A DNA stretch of 64,000 bases. It comes from Macrostomum lignano (taxonomy: Eukaryota). The first letter of the stretch is position 1, and every line of letters starts with the position of its first letter. A program made the position numbers and the translations under genes. Below, piece by piece: positions 1 to 13,720 of this stretch. The notes under the pieces were generated by a model. That model made no database searches. It worked only from the letters and a program-made list of their open reading frames with translations, and was not told where the DNA came from. Location of the stretch: assembly GCA_002269645.1 (NCBI GenBank), contig NIVC01000176.1:744001-808000 (forward strand), written 5' to 3'.

Positions 1-2019
1 AGAGCTCTTTGTGAGAGGCTAACGCACTCACATCTCACCAGATGGATCATGTACATGATCAGCCATCGCACGGCCACCGCCAGTCTGCTGGGCTACCAGA
101 GGACGGTCCCCGTCTGCAAAGGTAGCCCGCAAGGTGGGGTGCTGTCTCCAGTTCTCTGGAATATGGTCATCGATGAGCTCCTCCGGGATGTTCGGCCTGA
201 CCCCATTCTGAAAGTTGGATATGCGGACGATGTCACCGCGGTGGCATCTGGTCCGTCCCCTGATACCCTCAGGGACCTTCTTCAGAACTTCATCTACGCT
301 GCTGAGCAATGGGCGGACCGCTGTGGTTTAAGGCTCTCTGAGACTAAGACCGCAGCGATCATGTTCACCAGCAGGACCAAGTGGCAGATTCGGCCGCTCA
401 CGCTTTACGGAAGGGAAATCCCCTTCTGCAAGCAGACTAAATGTCTGGGTATTACCCTGGACCACAGGCTGAACTGGTCTCCCCACGTTCAAACAAAAGC
501 CAAAAAGGCCTTCGCAGTCCTCGCGCAATTGCGCAGGGCCGTCGGCACCACCTGGGGGCTCACCCCCAAGCGCCTCTGGTGGATCTACACTGCAATGGTT
601 AGGCCCGCTATCTCGTATGGCGGCCTGATCTGGGCTAGCGCCCTGCAGATAAAGACCTGTCTAGAGGCTCTCAGGAGAGCGCAAGGGCGCGCTTGTCGCA
701 CGATCATGAGCGCCCCTCCGTCTGCTCCTTACGATGGCCTCAACGCCTTCCTCAACATTCCTCCGCTGGACATCTTTGTCCGCAGGGAAGCGGCTAAGAC
801 TGCCCGCCGTCTAGCTGACGCTGGCATTCGAATCCAGCCCCATAGGGCCATGGCTAAGCGCAAGCTTCTGCCCCACGCTGACCTCTGCCTCAAGGACTTG
901 AGAGACAGCGGCGGGCTCCACGTCCTATCTGACGGCGAACCCCGCACTCTCAACCTCTTTCAGCGCTACAAGGTCACCATCCCCTCTAGGGATGCTGCCA
1001 ATGACCACTGGAATTTCCAGGAGGTCCATTGCTACACGGACGGATCCATCAAAGACGGTCGCGCCGGCTTTGGGGTCTGCATCATCATCAACGGCCGCGT
1101 AATTGCCACGCATGCCCAGCACACTGGTAGACTCTCCACAGTCTTCCAGAACGAAGTCCTTGCCATCAGCTCTTGCGCTGCAGAGCTAAACGCCAAGGTT
1201 ACGAGAGGAAAGACTATTGTCATCCACTCCGACAGCCAAGCGGCCTTACAGGCCCTTTGCCACACCACAACGAACTCCCGGACAGTCGCCGACTGCGCCC
1301 GGCAGCTCAACCTCCTGGCCAGAAGCAATACTGTCAGGCTGAAGTGGATCCCAGGGCACGCAGGGTTTCCGGGGAACGAGCTGGCAGACACCCTCGCCAA
1401 GAGGGGCGGCTCTGGCTCTTTTTTCGGCCCTGCCCCCTGGTCCCTATGCCCTTGACAGTCATCAATCGTCAGATCGACGACTGGGCTGACTCCCTCCACA
1501 GGGACAGATGGGCGGGCACCCAAAACTGCCGGCAATCTCGTGCCGCGGTTCCTTGCCCGTCTCACAGGCTCAGAAACATCCTTCTGAACCAGAATCGGAA
1601 GGATATTCGAGCCCTTGTCATGACCCTTACCGGCCATGGCTACCTCGCCAGGCACTGCTTCCTCCGAGGCGACCTCGAGAGCGAAATTTGCCCCTTTTGC
1701 GAGTGCGACAATGAAGATGCTCAGCACTTTGTCTGTCACTGCCCTTTCTTTAACAGAGACCGGCTACGCTACCTCGGGCCGAACCCGTCCATTGACGAGG
1801 TTTGCCAGCCCGACAGCATCCCACGGCTCATCCAGTTCCTTCGGGCGACTAGACGAGCCAGTTTCTTCCCAACGGAAGATCACGCTGCAGGACGGACCGG
1901 CGGACCACCCTGACCGGCCCCACGCCTCTGCCTGTCTGCGGGCCTTCAGGGGCTAGCGGAATGGGCGACCCTCGCCTCCCCGCTGTGTCTACGGACCACC
2001 CTGCAGCTAAGTCAAGTCA
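1..2019 (+). mobile_element. Non-LTR retrotransposon 3' portion (LOA/Lian-like, I superfamily): RT + RNase H + C-terminal Cys/His knuckle, with one frameshift at about 1433-1437. Runs off the left edge of the window.
   Basis: Frame is open from base 1. RT motifs GSPQGGVLSPVLWNMVID and YADD. RNase H motifs YTDGS, NEVLAI, SDSQAAL and WIPGH..GNELAD. Protein continues in another frame (LVPMPLTVINRQIDDW...LTGHGYLARH...CPFCECDNEDAQHFVCHCP) to TGA at 1913. Short 3' UTR ends in aagtc repeats at about 2010-2019. Clade call is from motif style. Confidence 0.9.
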
Positions 2020-2236
2020 TCGCAATCTCCGAAGTCTATAAATTCTATAAAAGTCTAAAAAAAGCTGAGCTTTATTAGTTTACAAATAAAATTTGTTTTT
2101 TTTTCTAAACAAAACGTTTATTAACTCTCTATATATGAGCTTTTTTATAACCTTCAACTGTCACACAGGGATCGATTGTTCCAGCTTTGCATTCAAAGCT
2201 TCGTACTTCTCAAGCGCAAATACGCACACGTGTCTT

Positions 2237-2840
2237 AAGAGCGCAGTGTCATAAGCGCGCAGTGTCATAAGAGTGCAGTGTCATAAGCGCGCAGTGTCAT
2301 AAGCGCGCAGTGTCATAAGCGCGCAGTGTCATAAGAGTGCAGTGTCATAAGAGTGCAGTGTCATAAGAGTGCAGTGTCATAAGCGCGCAGTGTCATAAGC
2401 GCGCAGTGTCATAAGCGCGCAGTGTCATAAGAGTGCAGTGTCATAAGCGCGCAGTGTCATAAGCGCGCAGTGTCATAAGAGTGCAGTGTCATAAGCGCGC
2501 AGTGTCATAAGAGTGCAGTGTCATAAGCGCGTAGTTTTGTCATAAGCGCAGTGTCATAAGCGCGTAGTTTTGTCATAAGCGCGTAGTTTTGTCATAAGAG
2601 CGCAGTGTCATAAGCGCGCAGTGTCATAAGAGCGCAGTGTCATAAGCGCGTAGTTTTGTCATAAGCGCAGTGTCATAAGGGCGCAGTCGCAGCGTGGTCA
2701 TAAGCGCGTAGTGTAGTCATAAGCGCGCAGTTTGGTCATAAGCGCGCAGTGTGGTCATAAGCACGCAGTGTGGTCATAAGCGCGTGGTGTTGTCACAATC
2801 GCGCAGGTTTGTAATAAGCGCGAAGTGTCATAAGCGCGCG
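2237..2840. repeat. CpG-rich 16-bp minisatellite (CAGTGTCATAAGCGCG)n, about 230 bp upstream of the GPCR start
   Basis: Tandem units visible directly, degenerating towards the 3' end. Confidence 0.9.
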
Positions 2841-3074
2841 CTTATACAAACACGCTCTTTTATGATTATATTGCGCGTTCCAAAAAGAACTTGAAGGAAA
2901 TTCCCATCTCGCCAAGTCATTCGGTCTCAGCCAATCACAGCGGCCCTCCTATCGGGAATTCGGACCAGCCCAGCTGACTTTAATCTCGAACTCCTCCACC
3001 AAGCGGATCAGCTCGTGTCCATAATTCCATCCATCCATCCATCCATCCATCTGTTCTTCGAGACAGAAAGCAAA

Positions 3075-3759
3075 ATGGTTTCAGTTAATCCGATCGCGGT
3101 AACCATGACAACGCCACCATTTGACGCCAACTCCACTGCTCCAATACTGAGTCGGACCTACTTCGCAATGAAAGGCACCTCAATTGTGGCCGCAGTGGTT
3201 GGCACAGTCACCAGCAGCTTCTCTTTGCTGGTGCTGCTGAAGAAGTACCACGCCACCAAGGAGGTGTTCGACGTCGGGCTGATCCTGCTGGAGGCCTGCC
3301 ACGCTGTCTACTGCCTGATGTTCGCTGGGTTAAGCAGCGCGGATCTGGTTAGCCAAGTCACCGAATTGTACCAGCAGCCTCAGTTTGCCGTATTTTACAA
3401 GGTGAATTTTCGATTAAAAAACAATACATGACCTTGATATTACGAGTATTAATTCCACAACGAATCTCTGGTGGCCCAGGGTAAATTACCCCGGGCAGTT
3501 TGATTTGCACGAAGGGCTTAAGCCTTCCATCCACTCGGCTCTTACCACCCCCCCCCCCAAGACCTTGAAAGATTGACCGAATCTCTGCGACACTAATTAA
3601 GCCGAAGTCTGACTATTGGCAAACAGAGTGACTGGGGATCGAGGAGAGGAGGGTGGGGATTATACTCCGATACTCCAGCGGTGAGCGATTGCAACCGCGA
3701 ACTTGAGACTTGCTGAGGTGGCGGGTCGGCAGGGCTTTCCTTCCACTTGTAGTTGCGCC

Positions 3760-3828
<69 letters not shown>

Positions 3829-6806
3829 GTCTGTGTCTGTCTGTCTGTCTTAGTGCCTGTCTGTCTGTCTGTCTGTCTGTGTGCGATCTCTCCCTGCCTT
3901 TTTTCAGTTTCGTCCATCTCTCCCATCCAAAATCCCAGATGTCGCGCCCCCACTAGTTAAAGCAGACTTTAAATCACGATAGAAATGCACTCTGCAGGCC
4001 CACAGCTCATGTCACACTCGAGCACCCGTGCTGCAATCCCGAGTTCGCATTTTCGGGCACAGTTAAATTTCATGTAAAATATGGCGGCAGACTTCCAATG
4101 GAAAATATTTCTCATACTTTGTTGACCGAAGCATATGATTAGGAACTCATGCGGAGGCCATATGAGAATGCCACTGAGGCCAGTCAATGTCGCGACCATA
4201 GCTTATGGCTTCGCTGCTTTCAAAACCAATACTCGTAATAACTCAATGTTAAAGTGCAGCTTTGCCGGTCATTGCTGCTTCTGAAAGACAATCTCTGCAA
4301 GCACATCTATGGCTTTTCCTTTTTGAGCTCCTGCAGCCTTTCTGTCTAAAGAGCATTGACTTTTTTACATTGGAAGACTCGTTCCGTCTGTCTGTGAAAC
4401 ACGAGACGCTACAACTCGACTTTCCGGCACATTTAGTATGCTCTGGAGCTGCGGGAACTCCGTCTACCGGCTGCATGTGGCTCTTGGGTCCTTTAAAAAT
4501 TCACAATAGCAATTCGGCCCGCTCAATTTTTGTGTCGCTTCTCAGCTCTCCTCTCTCTGATCTCTAATCTCATCTCTCTTCTCTTCTCTTCTCTTCTCTT
4601 CTCTTCTCTTCTCTTCTCTTCTCTTCTCTTCTCTTCTCTTCTCTTCTCTTCTATTCTCTTCTCTTCTCTTCTCTTCTCTTCTCTTCTCTTCTCTTCTATT
4701 CTCTTCTCTTCTCTTCTCTTCTCTTCTCTTCTCTTCTCTTCTCTTCTCTTCTCTTCTCTTCTCTTCTCTTCTCTTCTCTTCTCTTCGTTTCTCTTCTCTT
4801 CTCTTCTTTTTTCTTCTCTTCTCTTCTCTTCTCTTCTTTTCTCTTCTCTTCTCTTCTCTTTTCTTCTCTCCTCTCCCCTCATCCGCCCCGCAGTCTTGCT
4901 CTAGTTTGTTTATCTGGCACTTAAGATAAAAAAATTGCCAACCCCTGCGCCTAGAGAGAGAAAGCATTGTGCTAAATGAAGTTTCACTCAGTGATCATTT
5001 CTGAGAAAATCGAGTGTAGACTCGATGCTTTAACCTGAATCAATTGCAATGACTGACTGAGTCAATTCCCCAGTCAACTGTCACATCCTGTGCTGAGAAG
5101 TGCAAATCAGCTTATGCAGTCTCTGGGGCGGAACTTCGGGAGCTGCCCAAATAAATCAAACACAACAGCAGAAGAAAAGGTGACAAAGAAGCTGACAGGA
5201 TGGATCTGGGGGATTTGTGGAGGGCCCAGTGAAGACTGTGGAGACGGATCCCATCGTGAGATGCTACGATCGTACGAGTGATTCTGGTAGATCAATGTAG
5301 TGACAATTTTTTAGCAAATAATCATACTAGGAACGCGACTTAAGCATCGGACACATAAAAATTATCGAATTTTTTTATATTGTTAGGAAATCGAAATTGA
5401 ACAGTTCAATTCAAATGACCCAGGGGAAATTCCGGCCCAAGTGCCCTTGGGGAATCCAAAAAAATGACCTTGGGAATCCAAACCAAATGGCTTTGGGGAA
5501 TCTAAATCAAACAACCTTGGGGAATCCAAACTAAATAACCTTAAGTAAATAATCCAATTTAATCTAATAAATAATCCAATAATCCAATCCAATCCAAATT
5601 AAATGACCTTAAATCCAATCCAAACCAAATGACCTTGGTGAATCCAAACCAAATGACATTAAGTAATCCAAACCAAATGACCTTGGGGAATCCAAACCAA
5701 ATGAATTTGGTGAATCCAAACCAAATGACCTTAAGTAATCCAAACCAAATGACCTTGGGGAATCCAAACCAAATGACCTTAAAGAATCTAAACCAAACAA
5801 CTTGGGGAATCCAAACCAAATAACCTTGGGGAGTCCAAACCAAATGACCTTAAGTAATCCAAACCAAATGGCCTTGGGGAATCCAAACCAAATGACCTTA
5901 AGTAATCCAAACCAAATGGCCTTGGGGAATCCAAACCAAATAACCTTAAGTAATCCAAACCAAATGACCTTGGGGAATCCAAACCAAATGACCTGGGGAA
6001 TCCAAACCAAACAAAAGTGCTTAAGGAATCCAAAACTACGAGTAAATGACCTTGGAGAATCTAAACTCAGTATCCTTAGAGAATCTGAAACAAATGACCA
6101 TGGTGAATCCAAAACAAGTGAACTTAGGGAATCCAAACAAAATGACCTTGTAGAATCTAAACCAAATGACCTCGAAGAATCTAAACTGTGTGACCTTGGG
6201 GAATCCAAACCAAATGACCTTGGGGAATCCAAACCAAATGACCTTGGGGAATCCAAACCAAATGACCTTGGGGAATCCAAACCAAATGACCTTGGGGAAT
6301 CCAAACCAAATGACCTTGGGGAATCCAAACCAAATGACCTTGGAGAATCTCCTGCCAGTGACCTTGAGAGATCCAAACAAATTGGCGTTAAAGAATCTAA
6401 ACCCAGTCAGCCTGGGGAATTTAAACCGAATGACCTTAAGCTAGACTTATCCACTAACCCCAGAAAGCTCCACAACCCTGCAGATCCTATACGCATTCGC
6501 GAACGCGGCCATGCTGCAGCGCAACCAGTGGACCACCTGCGTGACTCTGTTCCGCACCCTGGCCACTCTGAGCCCCATCGCAGTGCGCAACCGTCTGACC
6601 AGGTGCGCCCAGCTGGCCGTCTTCAACCTGGTCCTGCTCATCTCGCTCACCTTCTGCGTCCTGTTCATCGCCTATCCGAGATCCCGGTTCCAGGAGCTGC
6701 TGAGAATGTCCCGGATATTCCAGTCCGGCATACCCATACCAGTGGTGTTGATCAGTTCCATTGTGATGGCTGCTTTTCTCTACGCTACCTACAGACCGTT
6801 TCTCCT

Positions 6807-6837
<31 letters not shown>

Positions 6838-7506
6838 CAGAACCAGCTGCTTCCAACGCCAGCCGGAAGCGACATGGCTCAGAATCAGCGTCGGAACACT
6901 CGCATAGCAACAGCGATCGTGCTCTGCCTGGCGGTGACCTTCTGCGTGTTCGAAGCTCCAGGAGCCGTGATGCTGATGTTCGACTGGCAGCAGTTCACCA
7001 CCGCCGACTGGTTCTTCAGCTTCAACGACACGCTGGTGTCGCTGGACACCGCCTGCAACTTTCTGATCTTCGTCTGTCTGAGCCGGAATTTTCGTCGAAC
7101 AGCCGGCGCCGCCCTGCCGGCGGCTTGTCGCGCTGCAGCTGGCGTTGGCGGCGGAGGCGGAGGCGGCGGAGGCGCTGGAGGCAGAGGCGCGGGCGGCGGT
7201 CGAAACGGCGCCGCTTCTGGCATTGGGGGCGGCGGCGGTGGTCGCCGAGCCGGTGGCGTTGGCAGCGTCGGTCGAGGAGGTCGCAACGAAATTTCGAGAG
7301 CCACAGAGAGAAGCAGCGGAGCCAGCCGGGTTGTCAGAGGCTTCGGCATCAGCGGGGGCGGAGGAGGCGGCTGTGGCGGCGCCGGTCCAAGCGGACTCTC
7401 CCTGGCCGGGGTCGCTGAGGTGGGCGTCAGTGAGACTCTGGACGATCCGTTCCTGCCGACTGAGGAGTACCAGATGACCGCGCTGTCCAGAGGCCGCTGC
7501 GACTGA
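3075..7506 (+). CDS. Divergent class A (rhodopsin-like) 7TM GPCR, peptide/chemoreceptor-like. Exons 3075-3401 and 6484-7506; about 449 aa.
   Basis: Donor TACAAG|gtgaat and acceptor ctgcag|ATC join in phase 0. Seven hydrophobic segments. TM3 end [11 protein letters not shown] is the DRY-equivalent, TM6 has TFCVFEAP, and TM7 [16 protein letters not shown] is the NPxxY/helix-8 equivalent. N-glycosylation sequon NST at the N-terminus, poly-Q in ICL3, Gly-rich C-tail. Confidence 0.88.
3759..3880. repeat. (CTGT)n microsatellite in the GPCR intron
   Basis: Seen directly. Confidence 0.95.
4575..4865. repeat. (TTCTC)n microsatellite in the GPCR intron
   Basis: Seen directly; explains the spurious EKRRE and SSLLF ORFs. 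Confidence 0.95.
5430..6345. repeat. 24-bp minisatellite (CCAAACCAAATGACCTTGGGGAAT)n in the GPCR intron
   Basis: Seen directly, with a degenerate middle section. Confidence 0.9.
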
Positions 7507-7650
7507 TGGAGGCGCTTGACAGAAGGAATTGGGAATGGGAAGCTGTGTTTGTTTGAGAGTCTGTGTTCAAGGACCTCAGAAGACTTGGATTGGAAATGAT
7601 CAAAATCTTTTGCTATGGCTAGTTTCCTAATTAGGTAGTAAGTTTTTACT

Positions 7651-7735
<85 letters not shown>

Positions 7736-7763
7736 CAGTTAGTTAGTTAGTTAGTTAGTTAGC

Positions 7764-7809
<46 letters not shown>

Positions 7810-7827
7810 CTTAGTTAGTTAGTAGTC

Positions 7828-7909
<82 letters not shown>

Positions 7910-7910
7910 C

Positions 7911-7950
<40 letters not shown>

Positions 7951-7951
7951 C

Positions 7952-8038
<87 letters not shown>

Positions 8039-8039
8039 C

Positions 8040-8090
<51 letters not shown>

Positions 8091-8115
8091 CAGTTAGTTA
8101 GTTAGTTAGTTAGTC

Positions 8116-8158
<43 letters not shown>

Positions 8159-8159
8159 C

Positions 8160-8204
<45 letters not shown>

Positions 8205-8223
8205 TTTAGTTAGTTAGTTAGTC

Positions 8224-8285
<62 letters not shown>

Positions 8286-8286
8286 C

Positions 8287-8334
<48 letters not shown>

Positions 8335-8443
8335 CAGTTAGTTAGTTAGTTAGTCAGTTAGTTAGTTAGTTATTTAGTTAGTTAGTTAGTCAGTTAGTTA
8401 GTTAGTTAGTTAGTTAGTCAGTTAGTTAGTTAGTTAGTTAGTC

Positions 8444-8486
<43 letters not shown>

Positions 8487-8487
8487 C

Positions 8488-8532
<45 letters not shown>

Positions 8533-8551
8533 TTTAGTTAGTTAGTTAGTC

Positions 8552-8613
<62 letters not shown>

Positions 8614-8614
8614 C

Positions 8615-8662
<48 letters not shown>

Positions 8663-8719
8663 CAGTTAGTTAGTTAGTTAGTCAGTTAGTTAGTTAGTTA
8701 TTTAGTTAGTTAGTTAGTC

Positions 8720-8770
<51 letters not shown>

Positions 8771-8835
8771 CAGTTAGTTAGTTAGTTAGTTAGTTAGTCA
8801 GTTAGTTAGTTAGTTATTTAGTTAGTTAGTTAGTC

Positions 8836-8870
<35 letters not shown>

Positions 8871-8888
8871 CAGTTAGTTAGTTATTTA
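7651..8888. repeat. (TTAG)n microsatellite, about 1.2 kb
   Basis: Seen directly, with recurring TCAG/TTAT variants. Confidence 0.97.
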
Positions 8889-9179
8889 GCAGATACTAGA
8901 CTACTTTTATTTTCAGTCCAGATTTTAGAGGTCCTCGGCGGGTTGTTTTTGTCACAAAATATTTATTGCTTGTTTTGCGCTTAGTCGTGTTTGTCTCTAG
9001 AATGTTTATTACTGAAGTATGAACAGATTTGATAATTGTTAATCCAGCCCTAGTATTAGAATTGCTATAGTATTGATGTGCACTGGAATTTCTGCAAACT
9101 TTCCCGTGTCTGTCTTTTCAGCGCCCAGTGTTCAAATACTGTAACATTGGTAACTTGACATGGTAACTTGTTATAAGGG

Positions 9180-9796
9180 AAACAGTGAGAGGGAGAGTGA
9201 GAGGGAAACAGTAAGAGGGAGAGTGAGAGGGAGAGTGAGAGGGAGACAGTGAGAGGGAGACAGTGAGAGGGAGACAGTGAGAGGAAGACAGTGAGAGGGA
9301 GACAGTGAGAGGGAGACAAGGAAAGGGAGACAGTGATAGGAAGACAGTTTGAGGGAGACAAGAGAGGGAGACAGTGATAGGGAGACAGTGAGAGGGAGAC
9401 AAGGAGAGGGAGACAGTGAGAGGGAGACAAGGAGAGGGAGACAGTGATAGGGAGACAGTGAGAGGGAGACAAGGAGAGGGAGACAGTGAGAGGGAGACAA
9501 GGAGAGGGAGACAGTGATAGGAAGACAGTGAGAGGGAGACAGTGATAGGGAGACAGTGAGAGGGAGACAGTGAGAGGGAGACAGTGATAGGGAGACAGTG
9601 AGAGGGAGACAGTGAGAGGGAGACAGTGAGAGTGAGACAGTGAGAGGGAGACAGTGAGAGGGAGACAGTGAGAGGGAGACAGTGAGAGGGAGACAGTGAG
9701 AGGGAGACAGTGAGAGGGAGACAGTGAGAGGGAGACAGTGAGAGGGAGACAGTGAGAGGGAGACAGTGAGAGGGAGACAGTGAGAGGGAGACAGTT
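9180..9796. repeat. 14-bp minisatellite (GAGAGGGAGACAGT)n
   Basis: Seen directly. Confidence 0.95.
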
Positions 9797-10096
9797 CTTG
9801 ACCAACTGGCTACATTCTACATTTTAACGGTTCGTTCTGTCCGTTAATCAGTTCACCGTCAGAAAAAAGCAATATATTTTACTACTTATAAAATTAAAGT
9901 GTATAATATATACTTAAGTAAGTATTGTTAACGCGCCCCAGTGTTGTCCTTCAGACTCCACTAATTAGTCGAGGGTAAATAGTAACTTTTAATAAAAAAC
10001 TTTTATTTTATTTAAAAAAATATAGTGTCTCTGTACTGTGTGTCAGCTGTATCAGTTTTGTACATGATTCCTACCATTATTGTGTACTTTTAATAG

Positions 10097-10936
10097 CAGT
10101 GTTGGGCACTTCCGTTACCGAGTAACTTGCAAATGGTAACGCAAGTTACTTTTTCGTAAAGCGTTCCTTACGCAAGTTACTTTCCTATTTTGGTAACGGA
10201 GTAACGGTAAGTTACTCAAATTTCAGAAGTCCGTTACAGTTACTTTGCAACAATCGCAATATTTAAATTTAAAACTGAAATGCTTAGCTATTACGCCGGT
10301 TGTCACATGTTTTTGCATTTTTCATTCCTAAATTCAAAATTAAGTGAATAGTATCATATGGTATTGCGCTTAATTAATGAAGAAATACTTGAAACATGTT
10401 TTACTTTGTTAATTTCGGTAAAATATTGTCGCCTTTCATTTTCGTTACTAAAAATTTTCAAGTTTGATTCAAACAAACAACCAAAGAAAGAAATTCATCT
10501 GTAGCCTCCACAAGTCCCTCCACTGGCACTGCAGTACACTAAACCATTTTATACAGTTCTATTTATTTTACTCTATTGAATTATTGATATTCGTTTATTT
10601 TATCATTTATAATTTTAATTATTGATTGCCATTGCCCATTGGTCCTTCTACTTGCCTCACATCGTGTCGCCAATTCCTGTCTCTGTCTGTTAATCGGTTA
10701 ATCCCAATGCCCAATGGCAAATTTCGGTAACAACAATGTGAAAAAATGTGCAATGTGAAAAAAAGCTGAAAATTTTGTTAATAACATGGGTAACGGAAGT
10801 GAGTAACGGACAGTAACTTAAAAGTTACCAGATTTTTGTCTAAAGTTACTAGGCTAACGTAAGTTACCTTTTAAAAATTGGTAACTTAAGTTACAGTAAC
10901 GCAAGTTACTTTTTTTGAGTAACTTGCCCAACACTG
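10097..10936. mobile_element. Non-autonomous hAT DNA transposon (MITE), 840 bp
   Basis: 12-bp TIRs CAGTGTTGGGCA (10097) and TGCCCAACACTG (ending 10936). Perfect 8-bp TSD TTTAATAG at 10089-10096 and 10937-10944. Clustered subterminal GTAAC/GTTAC motifs at both ends. An 8-bp TSD with CAG termini is typical of hAT. Confidence 0.9.
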
Positions 10937-11278
10937 TTTAATAGTATCATTAGTAGAAATGTTATAATCGAACCACTATTTTATACATGCAAAGTTCGTA
11001 TATATTAAAAAAATATACATTGTTAGCTTCATGTCAGCTTATCTTAGCTTGTAATATTGTGTTTCTGTGAAAATATAATACATGATTAATGCATAAATAC
11101 AGATTTTTCACACAAATATTTGTTGTGGATATAAATTTGAAAGTAGTTTTGCGCTAAGGAGCTTTCTATGTCTCAATTGATTTTGGTTGTCAACTAGACT
11201 GAGGAGAGTTTGAGTTCTGATGAGGGAGGAAGCCGAGTGAGCTGAGAAAGATAAGGAAGCTGAGGGAGCTAAATATCT

Positions 11279-12064
<786 letters not shown>

Positions 12065-12329
12065 AAGTCCTTCACTTGTCGAACTTCCCTCTTGTGCCAA
12101 ATTTGGAAAGCGCCAAGAAAAGTTTTTGATTGGCACAATTCGCTGCAATGCACGATTGATGAAGGGAGTTGCCCCAATCAGTCAAAAAAGATTCAGATTG
12201 TCTTCCTCAGTTGACGTCTTTTAGAATCGTGAACGTGACGGTAACGCCTTTGCGACTCTTTGAAAGGGTTGCAGTGAAGAAGAAGGCCAGTTCCCAGTAG
12301 TAAGTTCTCAATCGGAAAGCGCTACTCTC

Positions 12330-13720
12330 TCTAGGTGTCATATTGACGCAAGGACCTTGGCGACCGCAGTCTTCCACAAAGCACGGTCCAATATTGAGTC
12401 GCGTTGAGTATCTCGAGGCTGTTCATGTTCATCCATTGAGATACGTTTTTCTCAGAAAGGTTATTCGCTGTCTTCCACGGTCTCTTTTTCCTTCAATCTT
12501 CCCAGTCACTGACAGCTGCTCAATGTCTCATCTTCCCTTCGTCTTCAGATTGACTTTCCTTTTTGTCAGGATTTTGTTCAGCTGTTTGAAGGCATCCATT
12601 GCTATGCTGATTCTCCCTTTGATTCTTTGTTCACCTTTTCCATTCGAAGTTATAAAACTTCCCAAATATAGTCGAATTTGCTTCCATACAAACCATGCAA
12701 TCATTAAACACATCTCCCTTTCCAATACCGCTCACCCTATTCAAAATTTCTTTCAACTTCTCTGAGCTTTCCTAATTATTAATTTCTTAAGAACAAATTT
12801 CTTAATTTCCGCAAACTTTGACAGTCTTACAGCCGTACCTTGCTTCTAATAGAGATTATTGAGAACTCAAGTGTCTTTTCCATCAATGTAAATTTATTCC
12901 AGCATCTTCATCAGTTCTTCGTGTCTGACACTATCGAAAGCTCTTACTTAGTATGGATCACAGTGGTATAGATAGCTCGTAGCTCAAAGACAAACACAGA
13001 TTATTCTTCATTTCAACAGCTCTTTCACTAGGCATTCGAACAATTCGAAGATGGCATTTCGTGTTTCACGGTCTTCAATAAAGCCGCACTGAACTTCAGA
13101 GCTCTCTCGATGCAATCTGCTTCACGCTCCCATCATCAGAGCCCCTCATCAGCATCTTGGTAACGTGGCTCATTCGCATTCAGTTGCTCCCGTCTTTTTG
13201 GCATGGCAATAAAGCTTGGCTGACTCATATCTTTTGTTCAATTTGTTCAATTACATGCTCACAATGGCATCTCTCTGACTTCCGATTTCCAGATTGCTGA
13301 TCCATGTGGCTCCTTCCTGATGTTGGTCTGCTAACTGCTGTGATCATGGAAGAGATCGGTGACAGATTCAGATCACCGTTTTAGCACCTCCTCTCCTTTC
13401 CAAAGATGCAACCTGATGCAGCTACATTGGTAATGCATATCCGTCAGGTTTCTGTCCTTCTGCTTTTCAATCTCTTCATTAAGCCTTACCCATTTTTCTT
13501 CACTGCACATTGCCCTAATCTTCCGGATTTTTACCTGTCCTCTTTGTTCCATGGGCAGAAGGATTTCCTCTGTCATCCACTTCTTGCATTTCTGCTTCCT
13601 CTTTAGTGGATTGGCTTCTTTTGCACCTTCGTTCACTCCTACTTAGTCTTAGTTTGTTCGACTTCTTGTTGTTGAAATCGCGATTCCTGACTTTCACATT
13701 GAGCTTTGCCTTGACAGCTT
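12330..13720 (-). mobile_element. Degenerate RTE-clade (BovB-like) LINE remnant
   Basis: Minus-strand peptides YLGSFITSNGKGEQRIKGRISIAMDAFKQLNKILTKRKVNLKTK (RTE thumb region), KAFDSV-like RT motif, GFIEDRETRNAIF and KWMTEEIL. Many stops and frameshifts. Confidence 0.8.

Noticed and set aside
3960-4520. Possible Harbinger-like transposase remnant in the GPCR intron (ILIWPP)
   Set aside because: No DDE motifs or TIRs could be identified; too weak to call.
5802-7418. 538-aa ORF in the track
   Set aside because: It consists of a translated intronic minisatellite plus an off-frame reading of GPCR exon 2.
7651-8888. (TTAG)n as a telomeric repeat
   Set aside because: The unit is the 4-mer TTAG, not TTAGGG or TTAGG, and it is interstitial and recurs at 20915-21158.
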